A DNA stretch of 64,000 bases from Chrysomallon squamiferum (taxonomy: Eukaryota; Animalia; Mollusca): NCBI GenBank assembly GCA_012295275.1, contig CM022665.1:36456001-36520000 (forward strand), in the 5' to 3' direction. A program made the position numbers and the translations under genes. The notes beneath the pieces are model-generated. The model was not told the origin of the DNA. It saw only the letters and a list, made by a program, of their open reading frames with translations, and did not search any database. The first letter of the stretch is position 1. Every line of letters starts with the position of its first letter. Shown here piece after piece: positions 14,149 through 34,100 of this stretch.

Positions 14149-15944
14149 AATGAAAATATAAAACTTGTATAATGTAACAACACACAACTGTTAATCAGAT
14201 TTGGGTCGCGTTGACTCTCTGCTTCCAGCTGGCACGTAATGGTCGTTTCGTTATAGTTTAATCGAGCAGTTTACCGGAATGACAATCACCGAACTATCTT
14301 GAGACTCAACCATATCGTTCATGTGGTGTGGAAACTTGAAATACACTATTAATCATCTTTATTTTATTTTATCCATGACAAAGCTAAACATCCCGAATAA
14401 AGAAAAACAAAATGCCGTCACTCTATGACGATAGGGGGATTTCCTCATTCTATAAATAGTGCTATAAAATAATAATGCGCGTGCGCATTTCGTTAAATGT
14501 TCGTAAAGTGTAGTTTCCACACCGAAAAATAGTAAACGCTATACTATCATATTTTTTTACTATTTTATTTTTAGTAATATTAATTTATTTATTTTATTCT
14601 GTTTTATAATTCGTTTTGATTTGTGGCATTTCCATTATTTTTAATTATTATTTCTTCTTCATCATCTTCTTATAATTTTTACTGACATGCCATAATTACA
14701 AAATCAGCTTGATGACGATGTTGGTTATATCAATTATATAGAAAAAAATTATTCATTAATAATAAAAACAGCAGTAGTAGTAGTAATCCACTTGTCCGTA
14801 TTTAAAAATTCTGGATAAGAATAAAATGTAAGCAGATAAATTTACAAGCTTTACACTATGAAAGAACTCTTTACCAATTCAGTAATGTGAATCTAGTAAC
14901 CCTGAGTTTGCATGACGTCTGTATTTGGTACTTGGCAGTATGTCATCCAGATTTCAGTATAATAATTAATTATGTACGTATGGTTAGTAGGTGGTATATT
15001 AATATTATTATTAATACAAGCTATGTAATGCCCAAAGGTCATAAAGTCACGATAACACGCGTTAATAAAACTTTACGTAATTTCCAGCTGTGACAAGATA
15101 AACAGACCTAATGAAGATGGACTATAAGTCCACAAGAATTAAAGTTGCACCTTTTTCAGTCTTCATCCATTGTGAAACATCCGGATAACTATTTGATTAA
15201 AATATATACTTATAAAAAAAAAAAAAAAAAAAAAAAAAATCTTTATGAGAAAAATATTACTCTTCACAAACTAGCATTAATTTAAGACTGATTTGTATCA
15301 TCATATAATGCAAATTTGCAATTTCAAAATGCGCTGGTTAGTGTTTCACTGTTGTTTTGAAATTTGAACGGAAACAAAACTTATTTTTGCATATCAAAAT
15401 TGTCTCTGTCTTACAGTGTCTAGTGGGGTGTTATTGTTGTTGTTGTTATGCTGCTTCTTATGATGATAACGATGATAACGAAGATTTCAAGAGTCGCAGT
15501 ATATAATCACACAACTTACAGTTTTGTGAATCAAATTAATTTAGAAAAAAAAAAAAAAAAAATTTAAAAATATTTAAAACAAAAATAGCCAAAAATAATA
15601 AATAAATAAATAAATAAATAAATAAATACTACTACTGCTACTTCTGCTACGACAATTTAAACCAGAATTCGAATTCGAAATTTCTGAGTTTTTATTCTAT
15701 TATTTTTATTTAGGTCGCTGCATGTAATATATACATTTAATCTTTAATGGCTGTAATAATTATTACTTAATATTATATTGTTTGCATTAGAACATTTCCT
15801 GTTTATTTCCATTTGTTTCTGAATTATCATCTGATTAATTTCTCCTCAGAGTATCATTTAAATTAATGAAAATGGTTTTGTTCATAAAATTAAATTAAAA
15901 GTTATGTTTTTATAATACTCGACTGGGAACAGTTTTAACAGAAA

Positions 15945-16053
15945 CCGGAAATGTGAACCTCGTGATGCCACGTTGGGATATGACATCATGGGTATCAATA
16001 CTCCCATACCCCTCTAGGAGCATATTGCTAAATCGGAAGAAGGAAGCCATCTT
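15945..16053 (+). promoter_or_regulatory. Rab1 proximal promoter motif cluster (ETS, CREB3/CrebA or TFE3-type, CRE-like, YY1)
   Basis: CCGGAAAT 15945-15952, TGCCACGT 15966-15973, TGACATCA 15981-15988 and GCCATCTT 16046-16053 lie in a GC-richer patch 100-210 nt upstream of the Rab1 ATG. Confidence 0.5.
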
Positions 16054-16154
16054 TATTTCGCAGGCGTTTATGTCTGCTAACATAGAGTTTGTGTTACAAC
16101 AGTTTTGAATATCCTAATAAGAGACGCTTATATTTAGAGAGTGTAAATAGTAAT

Positions 16155-21185
<5,031 letters not shown>

Positions 21186-22021
21186 GGATGCTCATTCTAA
21201 ATGTTTGGCTGATATTTTTAAGTACACGGATGGGGGTCAAAATGGAGATTGTCAGTGCAGGAGATGATGTCCTTGTTATAGCAGCACCTGTGAGAAAAAT
21301 ATTTAAAAAACAAACAAACAAACAAAACAAAAAAAACCACAAAAAAAACACAAACATGAGTAAACATTACAGAATAGATACTTGTTTCTGGAAAAAAAAA
21401 AAGTAAAAAAAAAGCTGCTTCACAATAACATCTCTCCAGATAATGGTGTATTTTAAATCCAAATGACTCAAAATGTATATCCAGCAACTGTAAAAATAAA
21501 ATAAATAAATAAAAGAATTTTAAATATATTTATATATGAATAAGATACTAATTAATCTACCTTTCTTTGTGATACATATACATTTTTTGTGGCTTTTTGT
21601 TTTTTTGTTTTGTTTGAATTTTTATTTATTTTTATTTTTTTTTTTGTACATTTCCATACTTGGTTTAGATCTCTGGAAGGTTTTTAAAAATATTTAATAA
21701 AAACAAAATAAAAAATAGGTTGAGAAATTGGCCAATTTGATACTCGGGACTGGGTCCTGAATTTTTTTTTAAACTTGGACACTGAAATGCTAGATATGAA
21801 GTGAGTTGTTACCAGATAATGTATACTAAAGCTCTTTTGCATCCCATCACAGTTTGAATGAGATCAATAAATGTTTATCTTATTTATTGACTAGTTTGTG
21901 AAGTGTACACTTGTTGTTTGTTTGAATCAGATGCCATTACACATGGTATTCTTCAGGTTCTTGGTTTATTGAAAAATGGGAAATTTTCATTTATTAATCA
22001 CTATTTAGTTTCTGGTTTTAA

Positions 22022-22099
22022 CCTTTTCACCATGTTAAAACCACTTTAGACTGTGACCATGAGGTGACGGCCTAAAATAGAAATACGGTGGTGAAAGGG
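22022..22099. mobile_element. 78-bp piggyBac-type MITE (hairpin) in the probable Rab1 3' UTR
   Basis: Flanked by TTAA at 22018-22021 and 22100-22103. Termini are CCTTTTCACCA...TGGTGAAAGGG, and the inner arms tttagactgtgacc / ggtgacggcctaaa also pair imperfectly. Confidence 0.7.
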
Positions 22100-23361
22100 T
22101 TAAAGGGATCTACATTGTTAACGGGAGCCTCTTACAGCTTCAGACCAGTTCAATTAGATTAGACTATTCCAAGTTCTGTGAATTATTCATATTGATGTGC
22201 TTTCATAATTGTACATTCATTTTATGGAGATTCATTTTTAATTTTTTCTTCTTTTTTTTTTTCCTTTCACCCATTGGGATGGTCTTACAGATTAATATAT
22301 ATATTTGCAAAATCATGTAGAGATGAAAATTAGTTACTGCTTTATATCTTTCCTATATTCTTCTTTTATCAGTGTACTTGTTTACATTATCACACATTCT
22401 AAAAGAATGCATTTTCCATTTTGTTCATCTATACATCTATTTGGACATTGCTGCTGGTTTTATTTATATATATATATATAGTTTGTAGTTCAAATCAGTC
22501 ACAAACATCCTTTAATCCCTTTGTAATTAAATAACCGAAGACAAAATATTAAATTATTTCTCTTTGCTAATTTCTTCTCTTTGACTTTTAAAACTAAAAT
22601 AATTAAAATTATACAATCCCTGTGTTTTGTACAGAATGACAGCAACTATACAGTAATTATTTTATTCTTCTTTTTTTCCTATCTTTTTTGAAAATACCTT
22701 CTGTTTTATCTGATGACATATAAGGTGTTAACTTGTTTCAAATTTTTTAATAGTGTAAGAACTGGATTAAACTTAATGATTTTCTAAAATTTATACATTC
22801 TGAAAATGAATATATAAAGTGCAGAGGAAATGGCAGTGGCTTGTATTCTAGTAAGTGGTCATAATTTTTTTTTTTTTAAACCAGAAGATGTAAAAAAAAA
22901 GTAATCTGTAATAGTAAATTTATTAAAAACAAAATTACGTATATATATATATATACATAAATATCATAGCATTTACATTTATCGATTTCATCAGAACGGG
23001 GAAGATGTAAAAAGGTTGATGATGATGATATATACAGTTTTGTCTGTGTTTTTTTTTTTGTCTGTGTTTTTTCTGTGTTCGTATAATTATTAATAATCAT
23101 GAGATGTTTTTAAGAATGAATGCGACTGAATAATTTAAAAACAGAGCCTTTTTTGTCCGTACAACTACATTGCTTCCCTAATTTCTTCTTGTAGTGACAG
23201 CTGTCAGTAAATTTCAGTATGTATTAAAACTTGGCATTGTATGAATGGATAAAGACCTGCCATACTGTTAATAATATTTAAACAGTTTTCTTGCTCTAAT
23301 TGGGCAGGTTACCTCTGTTGTATGCTTGTAAATGACCTGCACTGTATCAACATCTAATGAC

Positions 23362-23367
23362 AATAAA
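23362..23367 (+). terminator. Candidate distal polyadenylation signal of Rab1
   Basis: AATAAA followed by a T-rich downstream tract, after ~2.2 kb of UTR-like sequence. More proximal AATAAA sites also exist. Confidence 0.35.
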
Positions 23368-24764
23368 TACTTGTAAATATTGCTAACTTTGTTAATTTTT
23401 CTCCTTTAAAAACAATTTAAAAATTTAATTCTGGGCTTTGGTATTTTGATTCAGAGATCTGGAATATACAGAGGATGTAGAGATTTGCATTTATTATATC
23501 TCATGATTTCTTAGTTTCCATATAGGATTAAATCTATTTTATTTTGTACTGACAACATTCTGTCACTTACAACACAGAACAGAAATGTATTCATGAAGCA
23601 AAGGTTTGTCTCTGTGATATTAAACTCTGAGAATGAAGAATACCAAAAACAGACCATGGAAACTAATAAAAATATAATCGAATAAAACATTTGTAATGCA
23701 GATACTTGTTTCTTTTCTCCTTTAGTCACCTGAACATAGGTGTTACTATGTTAAAATAAAAATGTATATTTCATAAGTTAGGCCTGAATTCACATTGTCT
23801 AATGTGCACGTACATCTGATCAACAGATAAATAGAGAGTTACAAGTCATTCTACAATGGAATTTGGTTTTTGATCCTGGGCTCTTCCCCCCACCAAAAAA
23901 AAAACTCCAAAACAACCCTTCTAAATATCTCAAAAGAACTAATGACTCACAAGAAAACAACAACAGGTCAGCATCACTCTGTTTAATTTAAGTACTAGTA
24001 GGTAAAATTAGAAACAACAAAATGGTACTGCAATTACTCAAAATGTTTCAAAACAAAATGCACACAAATCTAATGATCAAAAACAGCTTTTTCACAACAT
24101 ATTAATACTTTACTCTGTTCACTCACAATTAAAAACTGTTTCTTCTAATCTTACAAATAAAATATATCAGAGATAGGCTACTTAAGAAAAGTAACTCCAA
24201 ATTAAATGTAAACTTGTTTTCGTACTCATTATGGTAATACTGGTAGGACCCACTTAGTGGATGGAGCTATAATTATTTTCATATTTTTAAAATGAAAATT
24301 ATGGAACAAGTAACCTCAAACATTAAATAAAAATAATTAGTAAAAAAGTTTGATTTTAGAAACTGATACATTAACAAATCTTTACATCTGATGATGGAAT
24401 GTGAATGATTTAAAGTTCATATTGAAAACCTATTTCTTGCATTGTACTGTTAAACTTTGCAGTAACAGTGGCTGGTTGGGGATACAATTTTAAGTTAAAA
24501 CATTGTTCTTATGAAAACCAGATATTAGTAATACTCTACCTAAAGACTGAAAAATAACAGTCTATGAATTCTGACCTAATGCAACCAACTGAAACAAGTA
24601 TAGATACATTTATTAATTTTTTCATGTTTGTTAATCAGTATATTGTCATCTTACTAACATTATATTCACCTACTTAAGCAACACAGTACTATGTATAATT
24701 ATTCTAACTGTAGTAATGTCCAATACTATAATGTCACTAAGAGTTGTTTTCTTCACACATTTAA

Positions 24765-27700
24765 CTAAATCCAGCACTTCATTTTGAAGAAAGGCTGAAG
24801 GTCTGGATCATCCACTGATTTGTTGTTTACACCTGCATACACAGACTTGAGTAATTCAGGTTTAAAAACATCTTCAAGTTTTTTCACATATTTCTCGAGA
24901 GATGCTGAAAAATAAGAAAGAAAATTAAGCAACTTGAAAATTATTTGACGACAACTTAGCATAGGTTAAACAAACATGCTTTATCAGGAAAGTGAATAAA
25001 TGTTTACAATATCTTCCCCAATGAATCAGTTTTTGTACAAATATATGGAGACTGACACTTAGTTCATCATGTATAAAATTCTGTTTCAAAATAGTGCCTA
25101 GGAAAATAAAGGGTCATTTGATTTTTTATATTATGACACACTCGGAACATTTCTTTACATATTAAATGTGATAATGCTTACATAAGCCCAGCACTCTTCC
25201 ATATGCTATCATATTGGGACCAAGTCGTGGATCATCATATTTCTCTTGTTTCATAAGGAGTCGGATAATTTCACCAAATATGTAGGCATCATCAAATGAT
25301 GGTTCCTTAGGTACAGGAAATTTGCAGTACATATCAACAGCTCCCAGTGGATCTGTCTTAGTTAGCATTTCTGCTCCCTCAATGTAAGCATCATGAATCT
25401 GAACATAATATTGAATTAGTGTTATATTTATACTTTTATTTATTTTGTTCATTAAAATGTACTTCAGTTTATTTTAGTTGTTAAAGTGTATCTTTTGTAT
25501 ATGAACAAACAGGCCTAGATGATATGCATTTGGTATATTTACTATTCATTTGGAGTAGATGAATGTTTACTGCTAATAAAGTATGACAGAAATTAAATGG
25601 GTTAACTGAAAAGGGCTGCTTAAAGTCAACATAATTCTAATGCCATTTCTATGATTTTGTTGTAAACCTTGCAAATAAAAACATACACAGAACTGGGGAA
25701 GAAAAAGAAAAGCAACAAAATCATTTCAACAAACCTCTGGTGCCATCTCTATGACCTGATTGTAATAGTTTTGAGCTTCTTGCGTTTGATTAGCTGCTCT
25801 GAGAGCCCTGGCCAATCCAAGACGAGGATGGTATGACTTGAGATTGATGTGTGCCGGTTTGCTACTGGCTGGTTTACTGCTTGATGTTTCTGATGGTGTT
25901 GGGGCAGAAGCAGTTTCTGATGCAGCTTCTGGCTTTTTGTCTTTATCTTGAAAATTGAAATAGGAATTATTTAAATGAAAAATTTATTATAAATCAGTAT
26001 TTTTCAATTATTGGTTTATGTTTCCATGCCAACTGTAATAATAGACAAATTAATCATTAGTCTGTGAGTCATTTTTTTTTATTTAGTTATTTATTTTTTT
26101 AAATTTAAAATTTGTTTATATTTACATTACAGTGTAAATTATGATACCATGAGTAACCTAAAAAGAAAGAGAAAAATGGCAGCCTTCGTGGATTCTCTGT
26201 TGGACTGTTAATGTCTGTCATACTTCAGTAGTAATATACAAAAACAAAAACAATAATAACAAACCAAATTGGTGAAAAATTAAAGTATTTTAATTTTGTT
26301 ATACCTGTCATGCATGTTCGACTTGCATTAGGTGTTGTCGTTGTTTTCCCTGATGGGCTACTCTGAAAAAACCACAGTGAAATGAAAATTTTAATATAAC
26401 TGGCTTTACTATTATTGACAAATACATTAGTGGAACAAATTATTTAGGGACAAATATGTCTCTATTTGACACTGATTACACATTAACAATTTCTAAAGAA
26501 TCTATTACATTTTATTATTTCATCTCAAAATGAGTTAGAATTAAAATCCTGTTTCTAAGAGCTGTAATTCCATTTCTATATGAAATCTGGTTAAAATAAT
26601 ACTATAGATGTTCATATTATGTCCTTTATATTTCTTTATACCTTAGAAAATCTAAGACACAATATGCTAAAATAATGTTATTAAAGGTAATTTTATTAAT
26701 GTGGTATTCATATTTAATCTCTTTAATTTCATCTGATATACCTTAACTGCTGCACCTCCCCTAGCTCCACCTCTGGATGCTGCACCTCCTCTTGCTCCTC
26801 CCCTAGCTGCTGCTCCTAAAATAGAAATATATTTATAAAAAATCTTAACATAAAATTATATGTTGATATTTTATTATAAGACAAAATAGAAACACTAATG
26901 AAATGAACAAATGCATTAATGTAGAATTCTATCAATCATTTTTAATTTTTTATCTTGTTAATTTTTAATTTTTTAATCTTAATCTTTTTAAAGTTTTTAA
27001 AAATATTACATAGGTACACCAGGCTTAAACTCAGTCCTTTTAAAAATGTTATGGTGGAATTTAATTTAAAATATCTGTACCAAAATATTGATTATCATCA
27101 AATATTTCCAGCTTCTCATAATTCTCACCTCTACCAGTAGCTGGAGCTGCTGCCCCTCTCCCCCTAGGTGCAGCTGCACCACCCCTAGCTGCAGCCCCAC
27201 CTCCTCTTGCTGCTGCTGCAGGGGGTTTAGGAGATTCTGCTTCTTTTTTGGCTTCTTCTGCTTTTTTCTGTGCTGCCTCTTCTTTTAGCTTTGCTTGCCA
27301 CCATTGTTGTTCTGTAATAGAATGAAATGAATTACTTTTCATTAACAATGTGTCATCTAGCAATATTATAACCATTTTTGTCTCACCAGTGTTGTTTTTT
27401 TTTTTTTTTTGTGTTTTTTTAAATTATTTTTATATAATGAAATTTTTTTCATGTTTCAAGTTTTATTTACCACATTACTGACACACCATTTCTTTAAAAC
27501 CAAAAAATCCTTGGTCCATGTCTTAGACAATTCTTAATTTTAATGTGAATTTATAATTCTGCAGTATGCAATAAAACAGAGATTTTATAACTGCCTAAAT
27601 TTTAATCTTTATAATTTCCATTACAGCTAAGAGTTAAAATGTAATGAAATAGAAAATAAAATATAGGAATTAAACATAAAAAAAAAATATATATATATAA

Positions 27701-28116
27701 AAAAATTAATCTTAAAAAGTAAAAATATAAAACTTAAAATATAAGAAAATTAAACTTAAAATATATTGAAAATTAAACCAAAATATTAAAAAAATATATA
27801 TATACTTAAAATGTAAGAAAATTAAATTTAAAATATGAGAAAATTAAACTCCAGAGCTTACCTTTCAACAGGTCTGGGGGATCTCCTTCTGCAGGTTTAC
27901 CCTCCAAGGAGATGCTGGCTTTGAAACTGGAGATTGCATCTTCTAGCAGCTTGTTGGTTGCGTCACCTGCCGGGCTGTTCTCATACCGGTCAAACTGGGC
28001 ACTGCCCAGCAGAAACAGAGCCTGGCTGCTGCATGGCGAGATCAGAACTAGACGCTGACATGTCTGAAAGAAATGATAAGAGTAATGATGATGATGATAA
28101 TGAAATTATTAATAAC

Positions 28117-28170
<54 letters not shown>

Positions 28171-31112
28171 TATACTAATAATCTCATAAAAACAGTAACT
28201 GTAATAAAATAACTAAATATCAATAATAATGAATTAATAATAATACAATGAAAAAAAAGGAGAAGAAAAGAGAATATAGTCATCAGTATTAAGAAAACCC
28301 ACACAAGAAGCAGAAACAAAATATATTATTCTTAATTAATCCCCTGGAAAAAAAGCAGAATTAAATCACTTTCTGCACATTTTGTCAAATTTCAGCACAA
28401 ACATTTAATTAAAATGTAACATCCATGCACTAAAACATGCCTCTAAATACATTTCCATCAGACTGTTAAAAAATTTTTCTAGTAACATGTGAGTGTAACA
28501 AAAGCATTTTTATTTTTATTATTATTTGTTTTTTACCCGTTCCTGCAACTCAGTCAACTGTGCATTTTTTTCTACAGTGGAGTGAAATATCAGTGCTGAC
28601 AGTCGTTCACAACGCTGCGCAACTTCAGCAGCATCAGTTGGCTTGAGAAGGTCAAGCAGAGAGGAGTGGGCATCCATCAGTATCCACTCAACTTGGCGGT
28701 ATGTGTCGCCCCGCGACAGAGTGGGCAGAACCTGACTGGCCAACAGTCCTGCACTTTACAACACAAACACACAGAACAGAAGTGAAGTGAAAAGATAAAG
28801 CAAAGCAATTTCAAAGTAAACTATTCTAAAAGAGAAAAACTGCTTGAAGAGAATGAACCAGTGTAATTCTGATATGGTGAAATAATTGCGAATTTTTACA
28901 TAATGTTATAAAGAATTTGAAGAACTAACTGATACAAAATGTGTTACTGTAATTGAATATCTAACTGTAACAATGTTACAGTGCCACATATTGAAAATTT
29001 AAATATTTAAAAAATTAACGCAAGTCATTGCAATTCCAATTTGGTTAATAGGAAAAAAGTCTTAAAAAGTAAAAAAGATAATAAAAAGAAAAAAAAGAAT
29101 GAATTACTGTATTTAAAAATGAAGTAAAATAAACGAATGAAATTTAACTATCAAATATTTTAATCTTTAATAAAAGTAATATTGTTATTAATTATTATGC
29201 TAATCAAGTGCACACAATTTTGCATGTTCAGGGATAATTGATTTTAAAGAACTAACTGGTGAAAAATATAATATTTCATATACTATGGTGAAAAGAATGC
29301 AAAAATGGTAACATTTTAAAATTAATTATTAAATTTAAAGTGTATGATACATTTCAACTTTTCATTCAAATGAATAATAAATGTAACATTTTTATGATAT
29401 ACAGTTTTTAAAACATTTGGTAACATAATTTATGCTAATAATTTTTGTACTGAGATAATATAGCCATGAACTTTTTTTATCTATTTATTTATTTACGTTC
29501 ATTAATACATGCTGTTGAGAATGACAGATATTTAATTATTTAAATAAATGGAAATATATGCAAATATATGATAGTGTTTCAACAGTTACTGCAGTGGTAT
29601 TTATGTGTAGCCAAAACTTTAAAATGTTAACTTTTCATGTGAAATTATTTTCATTTGGTAAACTTAATAGATAAATTTATGATGATTAATTATAAGAATT
29701 CTTAGTCTGCAGTTTTCATGTAACAAAGAACAGAACCATGCCATGCATACACAAAAAATTAATAATAATAACAACAATAACAGTAACAACAGTAAACATT
29801 ACAAACATTACTTAGTTAATAAACAGTAAAAGTGTAAATAAAAATAAAAATAGCGATAATGATAATCATAATAATAATAATAATAGTAATAATAAGAATA
29901 ACAACAACAAAAAGAACAGTAATATTATAAATAATATCAATATTATAATAACATATATTATTATGCCATGCAAAATGTTATAAATAAAATAAAATGAAAG
30001 CACTGTATTTTAACATACGTGTGGAAAATGTCTTCTGGTGACATGGCATCTTTGTCTGGGTTTTTTGATAGCAGTTTTCCCAGCTGTACAATTCCTCTCA
30101 GCAGATGAACATTGCTAAGTCTTACCAAGTTTTCAGCATGCAGACAGGTAACTGGCCTGATACAGTTAAAACAAAACAATATTACTGACCTTTGTTAACA
30201 GCATATAAATGTATGAGAATGAAAATGAGAGAGAGAGAGAGGCACAACCACAAACACATATGCATATATATATATCTGAGTGCAAATATGTTATGTTTAC
30301 TTTAGTTGTTATTTCTATAATAAAACATGTATGTAGAGTAATGTAAATAATACAGTTATAATGTTAAAAATTATATTAATCATTGACATTTATGTCAATC
30401 AGTGCAAAACATATATTTTTTAGTTATATAGATATATATATCTTTGCATGTTTATATAAGTGAATTTTTAAATTTCTGTTTGAATTCTTCATATCTTAAA
30501 GAAAATCACTTTGAATGAGAAAAGTAGTGTAGTGCTGCCTGTGAATATGGCTGAAAATAATGACATTATTTGTCTGAATATTTTCAACTGCTACAAACTA
30601 AGGTGCACATGTAAGCCATTAATTCAGTGTTTAAACTTTATCTCTAGTGCCAAAGGCAAAACAACATTGTAATATTTACTAACAAAAATTCTTCAGAATT
30701 TTTCGCATGTTTGGAATTTTCTGCAAGCAGAACTTCCATGGCTTCCAAGAGGTAACCAATAACCTCTTTAGTCCGTTCACCTGGCCCATCTTTCTGCAAG
30801 GCTAGAGCTAAACCAAGGTAAAATCTAAAACAGAAATCAGCCATAATTTAATAAAATAAAGAATATTAATCATTTATCTAACACATGCAGTGCTAACAAA
30901 TTATACATTTATATGCCATATTTTCTTACATGTCTATGATAATTTCAGATTAAAATTATTTGAACTCTGAAATAGATCCATTTTAAGCCACACAGTCTGA
31001 GTGATACGTCCTCTCTCAGACTTTATTTTACATTCTAATAACTATCAGATTAAGTGGTCAGAGCATTATCATTAAAAAATTAAGAAGTAAATAAATAAAT
31101 AAATAAATAATA

Positions 31113-31159
<47 letters not shown>

Positions 31160-34100
31160 CAGCAGAAAGGAATATAAAAAAGTTCCTAGAATGTAAAAAG
31201 GAATGAAAAACTTTCTTCTGATCAAAACTATCACTCATTCCTTTTTTTTTTCACTGACTGACTCATTCTCTTGTTTATTTACCTGGACAGCTGATGTTGA
31301 CTGTTCCAGAACAAAGCAATTTCGAGCCTGGCGACAGCCTCTGGGTAGTTTCCCTGAACAACAAGCATCCTGCCCACGTGGAAGTTGTAGAGAGCCTTAG
31401 TCTCATCTAAACACAAACTGTCCATGTACTTGGTGAAAGCCTGGCCAAGAGTTGATTCCTCATCAGCAGCCTTCCTAGCAGCAACGCCTTCCTGAAGATT
31501 GAAAAAACATCTAAGTTACTGCTTCCAGATACAGAATTTTAAATCTTTTGATTCTATACCCACATTATCTGGTAGCCAAGAAGCACATATATCCCATGTT
31601 TATACCCAGCTATAACAATGCCCACAGTCATGTCAAAAGTTGCTATTGTTATTCTGCAGTCAGGCCAAATTAATTAAACTTAGTTCCACTGCACAGTGTC
31701 ATGAACTGTGTCTGATTTTCCAGCTACTGTGTTAAATTAAAAGTGACCAGAGTCAAAAGGGTTAAAATAGCTGATACTTTAACATGTTGTGGATAGAAAC
31801 TAGATTAAAAGGATGGTATGATTACATCTCTCCAACATATTTCATAGTAAAGTAAGTAGTAAGGATGCATCTTATCAATTTTATTAAACTGATACATATT
31901 TTTATATTTCTCTTAAACTACTAAGTGGTATAGAATTCCAAACAACAGAATATTGTATAAACGAGTCTTTAACTGGCAAACATGCCTTGGTATACACTAA
32001 TAATAATGTACAATAAAACATTTATGTTGGTTCTTGTAATATCCACTTCACCTTTTCACGTTAAATTACACCCACACTCTGATTTCATGTAATATCTGTC
32101 TTTCACTCATTTTCAGTCGACCAGTCTGAAGCATATACTGCTATATACTGTTTGTCTATACACACAGTCTCATTATATTCCTTTTAATACCACTCTTTTG
32201 TACATTTTCAAACAACCAGTCTGAAGCATAGACTGTTATATACTGTTTGTCTGTACACAGAATCTAATTCTATTCTCTGAATCAGACATCCTCGCTGACA
32301 ACCCTTTTACCTGAGAAGCTCTTTTGGAAAACCAGGCATACAGCCCCATCACATGATCAGCCTTGCCACTCTGTCCTGCGTTAACTAACTGATGAAACTC
32401 TTCATCTATGGCTTTCAGCTGCAGAGACACTGGAGCTGATGCGTCTACACCATGAAGCTTGCAAACTGCCAGAGCTTCTTCCAGCTTTGAACTCTCCTGA
32501 GCTTCTTTGTTACTGCAGCATGACTCCTCTATAATATTCTGCAAAATATAGCAAAACAAAAAAATATAATAATAGTGATAATAATGATGATGATGATGAT
32601 GATGATAACAATAACAACAACAACAATAATAATAATAATAATAAACAATAATAATTATGATTATAATAATAATCATGGTGATGATAATGATGATGATAAT
32701 AATAATAATAATAATAGTAATAATGATAATAAATAAATAAATAAATAATAACAGAAAAACTGTAAGCAGTAAACTTTAATTAATAGAGATAAACCTATAA
32801 AAAACAAATATTATTTTTATATTGTAAGTCTTAAAATTAAGACTTTTTTATGATATTCAGTATATATAGTGCAGCAATTGTTCCTTATTTATATACAACA
32901 TAGATATATAATCACAGATACTGGACACAAATTATGTAATTATTTAGCTAAATAGACAGAACAAAACTATAAAAACCCAATAGATTTCAATTATCAGTTT
33001 TGGAGATATGCTAATTTGAGTTGTTATATAATTGATGACCCCATTTGCAGAAAATGAGCATCAAAGTTCTATGTAACTAAAGATCCATAACTTTGCCAAG
33101 TAAGTAGTTGATACCAAAATAACCAGGAAGAAACACAGAAGTAAAAAAAACCTGTTCATTTTAAATGCAACTGGGTTGAATGATTTTGTTGTTTCCAGAG
33201 TTTGATGCAGGACTGCCTACCACAAAATGGGTAAACAATATAAGAAATGTTGGATGTTGTTGCATAATACTTCAGAATTAAGTAGAGAATAAATAAAAAA
33301 AAATTATAAATAAAAATGTTTTAAAAAATTGATATTTTTTGCATGAGTGATGGTATTGTTAGAATTATCCTTCATTTTTACATGCACCAGCATTAATAAA
33401 TCCAAATACATTTTAATTATCTTAATTATTTGAGCAATTGCAGACACCAATAGTCTTCACTTCTAAAATCTAAGCCATATAATCATACACTGTTATCAAG
33501 AGATGACATCAGGTTTTAAAAAACAAGCTAAATCGGTGTTCGTGTAATGTATCATACATAAATTATTAGTAGTGTATTTGATCCACACTTATCTACAGAT
33601 ACTGACATCCTTCTTCTGGCCAAACATGTCCTCTGCATAATAGCGTTCTTCCAGAACCATGGCTAGTTCAAAATGCAGAACATGCTGTTTTCCAGAAAAC
33701 TTGATGGCTGTGGCAAGATTGTATGCTGCCTGGTTTAGAAAATCAAGAGGAGTTTCACCATCTTCATATTTCTTGCTCTGACCTGTATGTTTATCAATAG
33801 AAATAAGTTTGATGAATGTAATTTCAAAGCAAATGAAATTTTCTCCTGTAATTGCTAGGTATGTTTTTCTGTCCACAAGTTTACTGCTTTCATTTATATA
33901 TTATTTTAATTTTATTTTTCCTGCAATTATTTCTATATTCTTTAATTAGTATTATTATTTTAAGTTTTAATTTAATCTAATTTAATTTATTTTAATTTAA
34001 TTTAATTTAATTTAATTTAATTTTAATTTAATTTATTTTATTTTATTTTATTTATTAATTTTTTGGGGAGAGGGCCAGGTCAGTGTAATTTTTTCCTTTT

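Noticed and set aside
24765-24785. C-terminal KCWI as a CaaX prenylation signal
   Set aside because: The Cys is third from the end, not fourth.
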